Source: Mizuhopecten yessoensis
Lineage: Eukaryota
DNA: 64,000 nucleotides
Direction: 5' to 3'
NCBI RefSeq assembly: GCF_002113885.1
Contig: NW_018404097.1
Span: 285,364-349,363 of the forward strand
In this document: positions 1 to 15,100 of the stretch, piece by piece
Position numbering within the stretch: position 1 is the stretch's first letter
Layout of the letters: each line of letters begins with the position of its first letter
Program-made: the position numbers and the translations under genes
The notes under the pieces: model-generated
Seen by the model: only the letters and a program-made list of their open reading frames with translations
The model's database searches: none
Told to the model about the DNA's origin: nothing

Positions 1-36
1 CAACATCAGAGAAGATCGTCAATGTAAACAGCTTAC

Positions 37-118
37 TTTAGAATCCTTTCGCTGACTGGTTTGTTGACAAATCTATCCTTTAACTCCAGGACAGGGGTCA
101 CAGCATTGACCTGTAGAA
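37..118 (-). CDS. DOCK1: DOCK exon 42 ([27 protein letters not shown])
   Basis: Phase 1-2, GTAAGC donor, conserved Q...V.P motif. Confidence 0.88.
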
Positions 119-3100
119 CTGGTCAGCAGTCAAGGTCAACATTCAAAAAAAGCACATTTCAAGGTGACTTTTTTCTCTGAATACCTAACACCTGATTAGA
201 TCTGACCAAATCCGTTATCACAAGAATCAAACGTCATGCCCAAATTAATATGACATAATACACTTATTAAGTGAACCTGCTACAAGTACAACAACAGTTA
301 ATAATGTGTCAACTTCCTTGAGTCAATTCATGAACACTAAATCCTCACTAAGCTTACACTTAACCTGAAAGTCATAAACCTCATATTTGCCTATTCTCCC
401 TATTTAGCAGCGAGACTTCCAATTTTGGACCCTTAAATTTAGTACACTGTATTTTCAACCAGTGAATTTGTTACACTATTCTTATATTCTAATATCTAAA
501 GATGATTTCATCTGAAAAAACAACTTAAAATACGTCATAATGAGTTTAAACGGTCATTTTGTCCCCATGGAGTTTATACACACACTTTGTTTATTTGTTG
601 ATTGTGAGTATGAAGAATCTCCCCCATAGAAGTTTCAAAAAGTTGGCAAGTATGTAAATCTTACTTCAATAAGTCGGTCAGTAAAACTCTGTATATAATG
701 GGGACAAGACACTCTGCCATCACAAGAATGAAAATCTTCCTTCAATAAGTCGGTCAGAAAAACTCTGTATATAATGGGCACAAGACCCTCTGCCATCACA
801 AGTATGTAAATCTTACTTCAATAAGTCGGTCAGAAAAACTCTGTATATAATGGGCACAAGACACTCTGCCATCACAAGAGGTGGTACTGGCATACAAAAA
901 GTAGATGACACGTACAGTGCATGAGCATATAATGTCCCAGATAAAAATACTCATAGTAAACAAGGGCCATAACTCTGTGCAGAGTGGGGCAGGAGATCTT
1001 GTTTTTAGTTTGTGACACTCAACTATCAAAAACAGGTACTCCCATAAAAAAATATCATTTTTAGGTGAAATAGTGTATGAGATATGCCTTGAACTAACTT
1101 TAAATGAAACACTGTCTGACTGACTGGGAGATTAACCGACTGAAGGATAGAGTGCAAACATATATACCCCTCCGGTAGTACTGGTGGAGAAATGATAATG
1201 GAACATACAATTTTCAACATTGACAATGTTCTTCACTGCCTTATTTATAGCATAACTTTATACAAAATCTCAGAATACAATAGTCATTAGCATCACAAAA
1301 CATTCTCAATTAAGTGGAATTATTTCAATACAATGTCTATAAAACCTGTAGCAATTCAGTGATAAGTCTTATTATTAGATATGGGTAACTGCTCTATAAG
1401 TATGACATCATAATGATGATAATGTTACTAAACTGGCCTTGTATAAATTTGATAGGATAAAACATAGTGTGTTCAATGTTGAGATGATAAGCATGAATGT
1501 CAGTGACAGTTGTCATGGTAACAAAGGATACACTGCTTCTTGGATTCCTTCATGTCCTCTGTTGGAGGTGACAGGGACTTCAGGATCTGTAACACAAACA
1601 CAATCAATATCACACTGAAGTCAAACACAAGGTATCAATATCACACTGAAGTCAAACACAAGGTCTCAATATCACACTGAAGTCAAACACAAGGTATCAA
1701 TATCACACCGAAGTCAAACACAAGGTATCAATATCACACCGAAGTCAAACACAAGGTATCAATATCACACCGCAATCAAACACAAGGTATCAATATCACA
1801 CCGAAGTCAAACACAAGGTATCAATATCACACTGAAATCAAACACAAGTTATCAATATCACACTGAAGTCAAACACAAGGTCTCAATATCACACTGAAGT
1901 CAAACACAAGGTATCAATATCACACCGAAATCAAACACAAGGTATCAATATCACACGGAAGTCAAACACAAGGTATCAATATCACACCGAAATCAAACAC
2001 AAGGTATCAATATCACACGGAAGTCAAACACAAGGTATCAATATCACACTAAAGTCAAACACAAGGTATCAATATCACACTGAAGTCGAACACAAGGTAT
2101 CAATATCACACTGAAGTCAAAAACAAGGTATCAATATCACACTGAAATCAAAAACAAGGAATCAATATCACACTGAAATCAAAAACAAGGTATCAATATC
2201 ACACTGAAGTCAAACACAAGGTATCAATATCACACCGAAATCAAACACAAGGTATCAATATCACACCGAAGTCAAACACAAGGTATCAATATCACACCGA
2301 AATCAAACACAAGGTATCAATATCACACTGAAATCAAAAACAAGGAATCAATATCACACTGAAATCAAAAACAAGGTATCAATATCACACTGAAGTCAAA
2401 CACCAGGTATCAATATCACACTGAAGTCAAACACAAGGAATCAATATCACACTGAAGTCAAACACAAGGTATCAATATCACACCGAAGTCAAACACAAGG
2501 TATCAATATCACACCGAAGTCAAACACAAGGTATCAATATCACACCGCAATCAAACACAAGGTATCAATATCACACCGAAGTCAAACACAAGGTATCAAT
2601 ATCACACTGAAATCAAAAACAAGGTATCAATATCACACTGAAGTCAAACACCAGGTATCAATATCACACTGAAATCAAACACAAGGTATCAATATCACAC
2701 TGTAATCAAACACAAGGTATCAATATCATACTGAAATATGAGTAGGAAAGTAGAGTGAAAAAATAAAGAAAGTGTTGGATTTGGGGAGAGATCATTACCT
2801 AAGACTGGTCAGAAAGGGTAAGAGAGGAAAGTTGGAGGAGGAGGTGAAGGTGTAGCAATGATAGGAGAGCTTTGGACCCGATGTAAATATTTCTTTGCAA
2901 ATTTGTAAATGTACAAACATCAATGATCAAACTTATTCATGTTTGTTGTAAATAGGTCAAACAGTGTATAAAATGTGTATCGACTATAACAAATTGCTCT
3001 GTGACACATTCTCTAAGTCACAAATACCCCCAGTGACCTAATTGGTTCAGCATTAAACAGGTTCTTTTGATATTTGGTTACTTACCTCAGCATTTGGAAA

Positions 3101-6100
3101 CATGCTTAACATCCTGGCATTGAAGTCAGACAGCCTCTCATACTCCTTGCCACGGTATATGAACACTTTGTTCTGTACGAATGCGGGGAATCCGCGCCCG
3201 AAGTAGCCGACCCTGAAATACTCGGGGTCTGCTCTCAACTCCTTTATGATACAGCTATACAGGTCGGCCTGTCGGCGCTGTAAATAAAATAACGCAGGGT
3301 ATGTCAATGCTTTAACTAAACCAGTGATGGATAATATGAATGTTGTAATAGGTAGTCATTTATTTAACAATATGTCTGGCTGTGTGCAATCTTACACAGG
3401 CAATACAGGGTATGACTAATACTGTCAACAAAGGTAGTGGACAAGTTTAATTATGTAAATACAGACAGCTAAGGGTTTGAACAATTCTGCTAAATTTTCT
3501 AATGTGAAGTATGTAATTTAATCAATATCTTTTTAAGAGCAAGAAATAAATGAACCATATATATATATATATAGGCATATACAGTAAACTGTGTGATCAA
3601 TAGTATACATTGACTTTATTGACCAGTATCATATTGTACTATACATTGACCAGTACGTATCACACTTAACTGACCAGTGCCACAATGTAAATTACTGACC
3701 AGTATCATATTGTACTACATTGACCAGTACGTATCACACTTAACTGACCAGTGCCAAGCTGTAATATACCGGTACTGACCAGTATCATATTTTACTACAT
3801 TGACCAGTACGTATCACACTTAACTGACCTGTGCCAAGCTGTAATATACTGACCAGAATCCTATTGTACTACATTGACCAGTACATATCACACTTAACTG
3901 ACCTGTGCCAAGCTGTAATATACTGACCAGAATCCTATTGTACTACATTGACCAGAACGTATCACACTTAACTGACCTGTGCCAAGCTGTAATATACTGA
4001 CCAGAATCCTATTGTACTACATTGACCAGAACGTATCACACTTAACTGACCTGTGCCCAGCTGTAATATACTGACCAGTATAATATTGTACTACATTGAC
4101 CAGTACATATCACACTTAACTGACCAGTGCCACGCTGTAATAGCTCGGTACTGACCAGTATCATATTTTACTACATTGACAAGTACGTATCACACTTAAC
4201 TGACCAGTGCCAAGCTGTAATATACTGACCAGTATAATGTTGCACTACATTGACCAGTGACACAATGAAATTACTTACCAGTATCATATTGTACTACATT
4301 GACCAGTACATATCACACTTAACTGACCTGTGCCAAGCTGTAATATACTGACCAGTATAATGTTGTACTACATTGACCAGTGACACAATGAAATTACTGA
4401 CCAGTATCATATTGTACTACATTGACCAGTACGTATCACACTTAACTGACCTGTGCCAAGCTGTAATAGACTGACCAGTATAATGTTGTACTACATTGAC
4501 CAGTGACACAATGAAATTACTTACCAGTATCATATTGTACTACATTGACCAGTACGTATCACACTTAACTGACCAGTGCTAAATTGTAATATACTGACCA
4601 GTATCCTATTGTATTACATTGACCAGTACGTATCCCACTTAACTGACCTGTGCCAAGCTGTAATATACTGACCAGTATAATATTGTACTACATTGACCAG
4701 TGCCACAATATAAATTACTGACCAGTATCACGCTGAGTCTCTCGTAGTCAAACAGCTCGCTCTCGTACAGATGAACCAACTCCTTACACAGCAAGATACC
4801 CTTCTCCCACATCTGTAAGATACAAAAATCATCTCATATATATATTACTATACCCTTCTCCCACATCTGTAAAATACAAAACTCATCTCATATATATATT
4901 ACTATACCCTTCTCCCACATCTGTAAAATACAAAACTCATCTCATATATATTACTATACCCTTCTCCCACATCTGTAAAATACAAAACTCATCTCATATA
5001 TATATTACTATACCCTTCTCCCACATCTGTAAAATACAAAACTCATCTCATATATATATTACTATACCCTTCTCCCACATCTGTAAAATACAAAACTCAT
5101 CTCATATATATATTACTATACCCTTCTCCCACATCTGTAAAATACAAAACTCATCTCATATATATATTACTATACCCTTCTCCCACATCTGTAAAATACA
5201 AAACTCATCTCATATATATATTACTATACCCTTCTCCCACATCTGTAAAATACAAAACTCATCTCATATATATATTACTATACCCTTCTCCCACATCTGT
5301 AAAATACAAAACTCATCTCATATATATATTACTATACCCTTCTCCCACATCTGTAAAATACAAAACTCATCTCATATATATATTACTATACCCTTCTCCC
5401 ACATCTGTAAAATACAAAACTCATCTCATATATATATTACTATACCCTTCTCCCACATCTGTAAAATACAAAACTCATCTCATATATATATTACTATACC
5501 CTTCTCCCACATCTGTAAAATACAAAACTCATCTCATATATATATTACTATACCCTTCTCCCACATCTGTAAAATACAAAACTCATCTCATATATATATT
5601 ACTATACCCTTCTCCCACATCTGTAAAATACAAAACTCATCTCATATATATATTACTATACCCTTCTCCCACATCTGTAAAATACAAAACTCATCTCATA
5701 TATATATTACTATACCCTTCTCCCACATCTGTAAAATACAAAACTCATCTCATATATATATTACTATACCCTTCTCCCACATCTGTAAAATACAAAACTC
5801 ATCTCATATATATATTACTATACCCTTCTCCCACATCTGTAAAATACAAAACTCATCTCATATATATATTACTATACCCTTCTCCCACATCTGTAAAATA
5901 CAAAACTCATCTCATATATATATTACTATACCCTTCTCCCACATCTGTAAAATACAAAACTCATCTCATATATATATTACTATACCCTTCTCCCACATCT
6001 GTAAAATACAAAACTCATCTCATATATATATTACTATACCCTTCTCCCACATCTGTAAAATACAAAACTCATCTCATATATATATTACTATACCCTTCTC

Positions 6101-9100
6101 CCACATCTGTAAAATACAAAACTCATCTCATATATATATTACTATACCCTTCTCCCACATCTGTAAAATACAAAACTCATCTCATATATATATTACTATA
6201 CCCTTCTCCCACATCTGTAAAATACAAAACTCATCTCATATATATATTACTATACCCTTCTCCCACATCTGTAAAATACAAAACTCATCTCATATATATA
6301 TTACTATACCCTTCTCCCACATCTGTAAAATACAAAACTCATCTCATATATATATTACTATACCCTTCTCCCACATCTGTAAAATACAAAACTCATCTCA
6401 TATATATATTACTATACCCTTCTCCCACATCTGTAAAATACAAAACTCATCTCATATATATATTACTATACCCTTCTCCCACATCTGTAAAATACAAAAC
6501 TCATCTCATATATATATTACTATACCCTTCTCCCACATCTGTAAAATACAAAACTCATCTCATATATATATTACTATACCCTTCTTCCACATCTGTAAAA
6601 TACAAAACTCATCTCATATATATATTACTATACCCTTCTGCCACATCTGTAAAATACAAACTCATCTCATATATATATCTTACTATAACCTTCTCCCACA
6701 TCTGTAAGATACAAAACTCATTTCATATATATATTACTATACCCTTCTTCCACATCTGTAAGATACAAAACTCACATGAATATATTACTTAGGTCCACAA
6801 ATTCATTATATCATTACCAGTAATGAGTATAACCAAATGGTCAACATCATGTTGTGTAAATGTGAGTGCAGAATCACCCTGCCATATTGAGACACAAGTG
6901 TGTCATATACTGACCTTGACCTCTCCTATACTGACCTTGTCCTTGTTACACTGACATTGTCCTTGCCATAAACTGACAAAGGTATGTACTGACTTTGCCT
7001 GGTCATATACTCCAATGACCTTACCCTTGTACATTTGTTGTGACCTCTCTGTATCCTTACATTGCCCTTGCCAGATATTGATCTAGATTCTTCATAAACT
7101 GACCTTAGCAATGCCATATACTGACCAAGTCATCGTCTTCTACTAACTGACCACCATCATATACTGACCTTGCCCTTGTCAAAGTAGGAGATGATATCGT
7201 AGTAGAGCATCTCCTTGAGTCCGCGGTGGGTGTGGACGTTCGGGTACCAGTTACTCTGGAGCATGAGGGGCAGGTTATCATCTGACCACTGTAATACAGA
7301 CAGCATTCATAATCATCACCATGTAGTTCAAAATTGTAGTTGACAATAAACATCACTCAATGATTTCATCAGCTAAGGTCATTGATCTTTTGGTATCCCT
7401 CCCACTCCGTAAGTCCAGCCACACACCTGTAGACAGTTAAAATTCCTTCCCAAACAACAACAACAAGCCTTTAGATGGTTAATATCTCTCCCCAACACAA
7501 CCACACACATATAGATGGCTGAGTTGTCTCCCCTGCCCTAGGAACACAATTAAAAGGTTGAAATCCCCTCTCCACAAATCACACCTGTAGAAATTTCGTA
7601 TCCCTCCCGACTTCACCACAAACCTGTAGATTATTATACTATTCCACCAAATCACTCACCTGTAGAAGGTTGACATGTAACATAAGGGTATTAGCTGCCT
7701 CAGTGTAGTTGTCACACTCAATGTGAAGATCACAGAGCTTGTACAGGTAGCGGATGTACATCTCCTGGCGATCAATGTCGTGGTAGAAGTTGAGTAAGTT
7801 CACTATACAGTTCATTCTGTGCTCCTTACTCTCGTACTGAATGATCTTGCGGTACTCCAGGAGGCGCTGCAATAGTCTTTTGATCACATCCACAAATGCC
7901 AGACCCTGCTGCCGCATCCCGTCATTACCATTGCACATTCGATGTAATCTGAAAATGTTCGAACACATGTTGTTATAATATAATTGTTGTTGGATTTCAA
8001 TAGAAGAAATCCTCCACAACAGTTTTAAGACATTGATAAGATACAGCTATACTATGGAGAAATACATCTCATAGATGTTTTGGCATTTAATTCTTGGGGA
8101 ATTCTACCCCCAATCTTATAATAATATTATACATGTAGTATTTTACGACAGTATGTTTCAGCTTCTCTCATATCGTTGAGGGTCTAGCTAACATATTCAG
8201 CTTCTCTCATATCGTTGAGGGTCTAGCCGTAGTCGTTGAATATTCCATTTCTCATGCAGCTTCTCCAGGGTCGCTCGCAGAGTCTAGTAGCTTCTCTGGA
8301 ATCGTCCAGGGTCTAGTTGCTTCTCTGTATCTTTGGAGTCTTGCTCGATCATGTAGCTAGCTACTCTGGGACACCTCAGAGTCCAGATTCTTTAAATTTT
8401 AAATATCCTATTAGTAAGTTTAATCGTTTTGGTATAGAGTGAGTAGCCCCTGATACGCCAAACTTGTAGCTTGTATGTATTATAACTGTAGTAATAAACA
8501 GGTTAAACTGTTCTTGCGTGTTTAGTTGTATATAAAATGATAGTTTGATATTTTAATATTAAACTATAGTTTATATACAATGAGTTTGCCTTGCTGCCTA
8601 TGTTTTCTGTTTTCTGTAATGTAGGTCGTATGTATTTATGTAGTTGCCAATTAGCATGTATGTTAATGAGAGTAGAGGGATGCTGCTGATTGACCAATCA
8701 GCGTCTGCCTGAGGGAATGCCCTGTTAGGGATTTGGAGCCCCCACAGCATAGTTTTCTGAATCATTGAAGGAGATTGTTGTGCATTCCCACCCGCCATCC
8801 CCTTCAGCACCTGTAATTGTACTGTTTATTCATGTAATATATATATATAATCTGTACTTTATATATGATTGTAATACCATATACGTATGCTATAACATTA
8901 CTTTGGTGCTTTGGTTTTGCTATACCCTTAAACTGTCATATGAATGTCATCTCAGTTGGTCTCCTGATTTTGTTTTAATTGTTTGGGCTACTCACTCTTA
9001 ATTTTAAAACATATAGTTTAATTTTGGCATTTAATTCTTGGGGAATTCTACCCCCAATCTTATAATAATATTATACATGTAGTATTTTACGACAGTATGT

Positions 9101-12100
9101 TTCAGCTTCTCTCATATCGTTGAGGGTCTAGCTAACATATTCAGCTTCTCTCATATCGTTGAGGGTCTAGCCGTAGTCGTTGAATATTCCATTTCTCATG
9201 CAGCTTCTCCAGGGTCGCTCGCAGAGTCTAGTAGCTTCTCTGGAATCGTCCAGGGTCTAGTTGCTTCTCTGTATCTTTGGAGTCTTGCTCGATCATGTAG
9301 CTAGCTACTCTGGGACACCTCAGAGTCCAGATTCTTTAAATTTTAAATATCCTATTAGTAAGTTTAATCGTTTTGGTATAGAGTGAGTAGCCCCTGATAC
9401 GCCAAACTTGTAGCTTGTATGTATTATAACTGTAGTAATAAACAGGTTAAACTGTTCTTGCGTGTTTAGTTGTATATAAAATGATAGTTTGATATTTTAA
9501 TATTAAACTATAGTTTATATACAATGAGTTTGCCTTGCTGCCTATGTTTTCTGTTTTCTGTAATGTAGGTCGTATGTATTTATGTAGTTGCCAATTAGCA
9601 TGTATGTTAATGAGAGTAGAGGGATGCTGCTGATTGACCAATCAGCGTCTGCCTGAGGGAATGCCCTGTTAGGGATTTGGAGCCCCCACAGCATAGTTTT
9701 CTGAATCATTGAAGGAGATTGTTGTGCATTCCCACCCGCCATCCCCTTCAGCACCTGTAATTGTACTGTTTATTCATGTAATATATATATATAATCTGTA
9801 CTTTATATATGATTGTAATACCATATACGTATGCTATAACATTACTTTGGTGCTTTGGTTTTGCTATACCCTTAAACTGTCATATGAATGTCATCTCAGT
9901 TGGTCTCCTGATTTTGTTTTAATTGTTTGGGCTACTCACTCTTAATTTTAAAACATATAGTTTAATTTTGGCATTTAATTCTTGGGGAATTCTACCCCCA
10001 ATCTTATAATAATATTATACATGTAGTATTTTACGACAGTATGTTTCAGCTTCTCTCATATCGTTGAGGGTCTAGCTAACATATTCAGCTTCTCTCATAT
10101 CGTTGAGGGTCTAGCCGTAGTCGTTGAATATTCCATTTCTCATGCAGCTTCTCCAGGGTCGCTCGCAGAGTCTAGTAGCTTCTCTGGAATCGTCCAGGGT
10201 CTAGTTGCTTCTCTGTATCTTTGGAGTCTTGCTCGATCATGTAGCTAGCTACTCTGGGACACCTCAGAGTCCAGATTCTTTAAATTTTAAATATCCTATT
10301 AGTAAGTTTAATCGTTTTGGTATAGAGTGAGTAGCCCCTGATACGCCAAACTTGTAGCTTGTATGTATTATAACTGTAGTAATAAACAGGTTAAACTGTT
10401 CTTGCGTGTTTAGTTGTATATAAAATGATAGTTTGATATTTTAATATTAAACTATAGTTTATATACAATGAGTTTGCCTTGCTGCCTATGTTTTCTGTTT
10501 TCTGTAATGTAGGTCGTATGTATTTATGTAGTTGCCAATTAGCATGTATGTTAATGAGAGTAGAGGGATGCTGCTGATTGACCAATCAGCGTCTGCCTGA
10601 GGGAATGCCCTGTTAGGGATTTGGAGCCCCCACAGCATAGTTTTCTGAATCATTGAAGGAGATTGTTGTGCATTCCCACCCGCCATCCCCTTCAGCACCT
10701 GTAATTGTACTGTTTATTCATGTAATATATATATATAATCTGTACTTTATATATGATTGTAATACCATATACGTATGCTATAACATTACTTTGGTGCTTT
10801 GGTTTTGCTATACCCTTAAACTGTCATATGAATGTCATCTCAGTTGGTCTCCTGATTTTGTTTTAATTGTTTGGGCTACTCACTCTTAATTTTAAAACAT
10901 ATAGTTTAATTTTGGCATTTAATTCTTGGGGAATTCTACCCCCAATCTTATAATAATATTATACATGTAGTATTTTACGACAGTATGTTTCAGCTTCTCT
11001 CATATCGTTGAGGGTCTAGCTAACATATTCAGCTTCTCTCATATCGTTGAGGGTCTAGCCGTAGTCGTTGAATATTCCATTTCTCATGCAGCTTCTCCAG
11101 GGTCGCTCGCAGAGTCTAGTAGCTTCTCTGGAATCGTCCAGGGTCTAGTTGCTTCTCTGTATCTTTGGAGTCTTGCTCGATCATGTAGCTAGCTACTCTG
11201 GGACACCTCAGAGTCCAGATTCTTTAAATTTTAAATATCCTATTAGTAAGTTTAATCGTTTTGGTATAGAGTGAGTAGCCCCTGATACGCCAAACTTGTA
11301 GCTTGTATGTATTATAACTGTAGTAATAAACAGGTTAAACTGTTCTTGCGTGTTTAGTTGTATATAAAATGATAGTTTGATATTTTAATATTAAACTATA
11401 GTTTATATACAATGAGTTTGCCTTGCTGCCTATGTTTTCTGTTTTCTGTAATGTAGGTCGTATGTATTTATGTAGTTGCCAATTAGCATGTATGTTAATG
11501 AGAGTAGAGGGATGCTGCTGATTGACCAATCAGCGTCTGCCTGAGGGAATGCCCTGTTAGGGATTTGGAGCCCCCACAGCATAGTTTTCTGAATCATTGA
11601 AGGAGATTGTTGTGCATTCCCACCCGCCATCCCCTTCAGCACCTGTAATTGTACTGTTTATTCATGTAATATATATATATAATCTGTACTTTATATATGA
11701 TTGTAATACCATATACGTATGCTATAACATTACTTTGGTGCTTTGGTTTTGCTATACCCTTAAACTGTCATATGAATGTCATCTCAGTTGGTCTCCTGAT
11801 TTTGTTTTAATTGTTTGGGCTACTCACTCTTAATTTTAAAACATATAGTTTAATTTTGGCATTTAATTCTTGGGGAATTCTACCCCCAATCTTATAATAA
11901 TATTATACATGTAGTATTTTACGACAGTATGTTTCAGCTTCTCTCATATCGTTGAGGGTCTAGCTAACATATTCAGCTTCTCTCATATCGTTGAGGGTCT
12001 AGCCGTAGTCGTTGAATATTCCATTTCTCATGCAGCTTCTCCAGGGTCGCTCGCAGAGTCTAGTAGCTTCTCTGGAATCGTCCAGGGTCTAGTTGCTTCT

Positions 12101-15100
12101 CTGTATCTTTGGAGTCTTGCTCGATCATGTAGCTAGCTACTCTGGGACACCTCAGAGTCCAGATTCTTTAAATTTTAAATATCCTATTAGTAAGTTTAAT
12201 CGTTTTGGTATAGAGTGAGTAGCCCCTGATACGCCAAACTTGTAGCTTGTATGTATTATAACTGTAGTAATAAACAGGTTAAACTGTTCTTGCGTGTTTA
12301 GTTGTATATAAAATGATAGTTTGATATTTTAATATTAAACTATAGTTTATATACAATGAGTTTGCCTTGCTGCCTATGTTTTCTGTTTTCTGTAATGTAG
12401 GTCGTATGTATTTATGTAGTTGCCAATTAGCATGTATGTTAATGAGAGTAGAGGGATGCTGCTGATTGACCAATCAGCGTCTGCCTGAGGGAATGCCCTG
12501 TTAGGGATTTGGAGCCCCCACAGCATAGTTTTCTGAATCATTGAAGGAGATTGTTGTGCATTCCCACCCGCCATCCCCTTCAGCACCTGTAATTGTACTG
12601 TTTATTCATGTAATATATATATATAATCTGTACTTTATATATGATTGTAATACCATATACGTATGCTATAACATTACTTTGGTGCTTTGGTTTTGCTATA
12701 CCCTTAAACTGTCATATGAATGTCATCTCAGTTGGTCTCCTGATTTTGTTTTAATTGTTTGNGGGTACGTACCTATGGTAGGTATTGTATAGTGTTATTA
12801 GGGGTACGTACCTATGGTAGATATTGTAATGCGTAATTAGGGGTACGTACATATGGTAGGTATTGTAAAGTGTTATTAAGGGTACGTACCTATGGTAGGT
12901 ATTGTATAGTGTTATTAGGGGTACGTACCTATGGTAGATATTGTTATGCGTAATTAGGGATACGTACCTATGGTAGGTATTGTACAGTGTTGTTAGGGGT
13001 ACGTACCTATGGTAGGTATTGTATAGCGTTGTTAGGGGTACGTACCTATGGTAGGTATTGTATAGCGTTATTAGGGGTATGTACCTATGGTAGGTATTGT
13101 ATAGTGTTATTAGGGTCACGTACATATGGTAGGTATTGTAATGCGTCATTAGGGGTACGTACCTATGGTAGGTATTGTATAGTGTTATTAAGGGTACGTA
13201 CCTATGGTAGGTATTGTATAGTGTTATTAGGGGTACGTACCTATGGTAGGGATTGTATAGTGTTATTAGGGTCACGTACATATGGTAGGGATTGTAATGC
13301 GTCATTAGGGGTACGTACCTATAGTAGGTATTGTATAGTGTTATTAGGGGTATGTACATATGGTAGGTATTGTATAGTGTTATTATGGGTACATACATAT
13401 GGTAGATATATATATATATATTGTATAGTGTTATTAGGGGTACATATATATGGTAGGTATATATATATATATATTGTATAGTGTTATTAGGGGTACATAC
13501 ATTAGTAGGTATTGTATAGTGTAATTAGGGGTACATACATATGGTAGGTATATATATATATATATATATATTGTATAGTGTTATTAGGGGTACATACATA
13601 TGGTAGGTATATATATATATATTGTATAGTGTAATTAGGAGTACATACATATGGTAGGTATATATATATATATATTGCATAGCGTTGTTAGGGGAATGTA
13701 CATATGGTAGGTATTGTATAGTGTAATTAGGGGTTCGTACATATGGTAGGTATTGTATAGTGTTATTAGGGGTACGTACATATGGTAGGTATTGTATAGT
13801 GTAATTAGGGATACGTACATATGGTAGGTATTGTATAGTGTAATTAGGGGTACGTACATATGGTAGGTATTGCATAGTGTTATTAGGGGTACATACATAT
13901 AGTAGGTATTGTATAGTGTTATTAGGGGTACGTACATATGGTAGGTATTGTATAGTGTAATTAGGGATACGTACATATGGTAGGTATTGTATAGTGTTAT
14001 TAGGGATACGTACATATGGTAGGTATTGTATAGTGTAATTAGGGATACGTACCTATGGTAGATATTGTATAGTGTAATTAGGGGTACGTACCTATGGTAG
14101 GTATTGTATAGTGTAATTAGGGGTACATACATATGGTAGATATTGTATAGTGTTATTAGGGGTACGTACATATCGTAGATGAGATCCATATACTCCTCGT
14201 CTCCATAACCTCCCTCCACCAGGGCATCCAGTTTCATGATGAGCTCGTTTTCCGTCTACAGATAAACAGTTAATACAGTACAGACATAATTTAAACAATA
14301 AGGAACACATAACTATAACATAATGTACAGTAACATAACAATTCATTAAAGGATAGAATATACAGTAGGGAAAAGCTACAATGTATCTTTTGCCCAATAT
14401 TCAATAACTTTGCTTTATCCAGACAATGCCTTTTAATTGTATTGAAATACCTGTACAGATTCTCACCTGGTCAAAGTTGCCTTTGATCTTTCTGGTGACT
14501 GGATCTACCTGTGTAAACTCACACTGCATCATGTCAAAGAAAATAGGAATAGTGGCCTTTCGCAACTCTGGGGGGAAAAAATGAAGAAAAAAAAATAATG
14601 AAAGAAAAAATTCGAAATTTGCTCTCTGCTTTATGTATGATGCATGCTGATAAGTGTTAATTGTAGTGATGGGCTATCGTTTAAAAATCGTAATCGATAA
14701 TTGGTCTATAATCGGAAGTAGTAAAACAATCAATGATCTATTGTTGCATAATCAGTTTATAATTTTATGGGAATGAATACCAAAACAAAGTCTGAACACT
14801 ATTTTCACCACATCAACAGACTGAGTTGTAAACGATACATTAGCTCTCCTTCTTTTATAATGAATGGATATCAAGCATTTTTTATGCATTTTATCAATCA
14901 TATAGTAAAAATCATAAGATTATATGCCTTTCAAAGCATTGTTTACTTTACACAGAAGACATGTAAACACTTTGATCTAATAATGAACCGATTATGTCGA
15001 TTAGGGAATTGCAATCATTAATCGGAGTCAGAAATGGCAAACCAATCGATTTTCGATTGTAATCGATCATCAGCCCATCACCAGTTAATTGTCTAAGACT

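Noticed and set aside
640-1020. Fragments similar to 51880-52100 (CTCTGCCATC.CAAGAGGT, AAGGG..ATAACTCTGT)
   Set aside because: Probably an old interspersed repeat, but ends and class cannot be defined from this window.
8078-9021. Hammerhead ribozyme in the 944-bp unit
   Set aside because: No CUGANGA...GAAA core with compatible stems found by eye on either strand.
8503-12792. Repeated 64/70/78-aa ORFs in the 944-bp units
   Set aside because: Short, low-complexity, and not conserved in the diverged copy beyond a DNA motif (WATHS comes from the inverted repeat).
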